A stretch of 64,000 nucleotides of DNA. It comes from Ginglymostoma cirratum (taxonomy: Eukaryota). Both the position numbers and the translations under genes were made by a program. Under the pieces are notes generated by a model. The model made no database searches. It had not been told where the DNA came from and saw nothing but the letters and a program-made list of their open reading frames with translations. The stretch spans positions 7,959,815 to 8,023,814 of the forward strand of contig JAHRHZ010000003.1 in assembly GCA_024137785.1 (NCBI GenBank). The letters run 5' to 3'. Positions within the stretch are counted from its first letter, which is position 1, and each line of letters starts with the position of its first letter. Positions 62,401 through 64,000 of this stretch are shown piece after piece.

Positions 62401-63937
62401 CTCTATCAGTTAAACATTTTCAATTTCAACTCATACACCAAGTGTGCAACAAACTGTATGATAATAAAACTATGCAACTGCCAGAGATGGAACGTCTGCA
62501 CAAAGTCACGTCAAAGTCAAAAGAGAATTTACTCCTGCCACTGAGTTTCAAGTAAATATGTCTGGACCTTACTCGTGACGGAGGAGAGTCACAGGGAAGA
62601 ATGCAGAGGCAGACAAGCAACTCCAATAGTCATAAATTCATTCATTCTGTCTGGTATCTTTAGCTCTCTTGACATAAGATCTTATCCCTCAACTGATTGC
62701 ACAGGAATACCTAAGTTACACTATACGACGTAAACGGACAATTGAAATGAAAGTTTAAAAAAATGGCATAACATGGCTTCTAGGCATACAGAAGAGAAAA
62801 AGAATGGAGCCAGAAACAAATCAGTGAAAGGAACAGGTTACTGACAGAAACATGGGACACGGAGAAATAAAGGTTGAGAAAAGAGAGAATGCAACAACGA
62901 AGACAGAGGCATAGAGTAAGATCAATAGGCAAGGTGAGGAAACAGGACTTAAAATCCAAGAACGAGAGCAGGAGTAGGCAATTCAGTCCCGAGTGCCTGC
63001 TCTGTCAGTTCATACAATCATCGATCATCTCATCTCAGCCTCAACAACTGAGAACATGAGACTACTGAAACAGAAAAAAAGATTCAGTTTGGGGGAATGA
63101 GTAGAAATGGGCAGTGTTTTGCTCCTAAACAACAGCACGAAAGATCCACTCATGTTCTTTCTTGTTTTTGTTTTTATCAGTCTTATCTTCATGTTCTCAA
63201 ACCTTTCTGTTCTCATTTATTGTCACTTCCTCCAAGACTACATTTGCCTTTTGCAACCTTGTACGCACTTCAACAAGTGGTCATTCTTTCACCAATCCAC
63301 TAAACATTTTCACCATTTTGAGGCTTAAGTAACATCACTCAAATCAGGCACGAGGGACTGAACTGCCTACTCCTGCTCTCGTTCTTATGTTCTAAGTCCC
63401 ATATTCCAAGTAGTTCATCACCTTGCCTGTTCTTCCTATTCCATGCTTGTCTTCATTGCTGCACTCTTCCGTTAGGGAAGGAAACGGCCATCCTTAAATG
63501 GTCTGGCCGACATGCTACTCCAGATCCACAGCAATGTGGTTGCCTTATAACTGCCCTCTGGGCAACTAGGGATGGGCAAATACCCTCGCCCCGTGAATGT
63601 ATGGAATACCAAGCTCTGTAATTCCATCCCAACACTTGCTGATATCTGTATCTCTATCTCTCTCTCTGTCTCTCTCCCCCACCCCTGCCACTTGTGTCAG
63701 CTGCATTAATATTTCGTGTGGCCCGGTGTCAACATCAGGGTGCATAAGTTCCTGTGAAGTGCTTCTCAAATTTTGACCATGAAGGGTTTGTATAAACCAG
63801 AGTTTTGCTTTGCAGAAAATTAAAATCAACAGACAACTATACGATTTCAAAATACCTGAGAGCTACTGTCTTTGCTCCTCTGCAGTTCTAAGTCGAACAC
63901 TGGTTGAGCCATCTGTGGTGTCTGGGGGCGAGATTGG
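53430..63937 (-). CDS. BNIP3L: BCL2-interacting protein 3-like (NIX), mitophagy receptor; last four coding exons, 5' exons lie beyond the window
   Basis: Spliced product includes [83 protein letters not shown]; GT-AG introns with matching phases; syntenic with DPYSL2. Not present in the supplied ORF track because the exons are short. Confidence 0.88.
53957..54056 (+). mobile_element. 100-bp Penelope-derived repeat with intact hammerhead core, antisense in the last BNIP3L intron
   Basis: 15-bp TSD AGAAGCTATTTACTG (53942-53956 and 54057-54071); CTGATGA-A-GGGTCTAGGCCT-GAAA-CGTC at 53962-53989. Confidence 0.85.
54255..54535 (-). mobile_element. Diverged HE1-like V-SINE
   Basis: Plus strand GAGGAAACTGAA...ATGCAAATTCCACACAGTCAGTCACCC...GCACTAACCACTGTGCTA, homologous to 13475-13797. 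Confidence 0.75.
57600..58160. repeat. C/A-rich low-complexity region
   Basis: Strong C+A skew with recurring ACCC/CCAAC words; no fixed period seen. Confidence 0.5.
59151..59300 (-). CDS. BNIP3L: BNIP3L exon 5 equivalent (EFHFKHPK...SHILALGLG), start of transmembrane helix
   Basis: Acceptor TTCCACCAG, donor GG|GTAGGT, 150 nt. Confidence 0.93.
61174..61280 (-). CDS. BNIP3L: BNIP3L exon 4 equivalent ([36 protein letters not shown])
   Basis: Acceptor TTTTTCTAG, donor AA|GTGAGT, 107 nt; BH3-like region and DWSSRPEN motif. Confidence 0.93.
61618..61642. repeat. (TTCAC)5 pentanucleotide microsatellite
   Basis: Directly visible. Confidence 0.9.
63445..63600 (+). mobile_element. SINE/LINE-tail fragment
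   Basis: AGGGAAGGAAACGGCCATCCTT..TGGTCTGGCC..ACTCCAGATCCACAGCAATGTGGTTG..GGCAACTAGGGATGGGCAA; related reverse copy near 50410-50535. Confidence 0.55.
63856..63937 (-). CDS. BNIP3L: BNIP3L exon 3 equivalent ([27 protein letters not shown])
   Basis: Acceptor CTTTTCCAG, donor CAG|GTATTT, 82 nt; ends in the family SSQ motif. Confidence 0.85.
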
Positions 63938-64000
63938 CTGGAAAAGTGAACACCTGGACAGTTAAAATCAATTGTTACTGAGTACAACAAATACTAAGAA

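Overview
Eukaryotic, intron-rich vertebrate DNA; the repeat content (HE1-type V-SINEs, HER1/CR1 LINE ends, a SacSINE1/Deu-SINE-like remnant, Penelope relics) points to a shark or other cartilaginous fish. Two genes lie in tandem on the minus strand. The first is the 3' part of BNIP3L/NIX (last four coding exons, 63937 down to 53430). The second is a complete 14-exon DPYSL2/CRMP2 CDS (35696 down to 13168), which I spliced by hand at GT-AG junctions to 1719 nt, i.e. 572 aa, the length of human CRMP2B. The rest is intron, UTR and intergenic DNA with decayed retroelements. The most notable non-genic signal is about ten Penelope-derived insertions from at least four sub-families carrying minimal hammerhead-ribozyme motifs. 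Several have clean 11-16 bp target-site duplications, and several are truncated or inverted at the hammerhead itself. Also of note are natural Y32F and T555G substitutions in CRMP2, a ~340 bp spaced intronic duplication, and a candidate unannotated CCAAT/TATA promoter with spliceable exons between the two genes. I found no convincing wholly new protein-coding system. All comparisons to human proteins and repeat consensus sequences are from memory, not from database searches.
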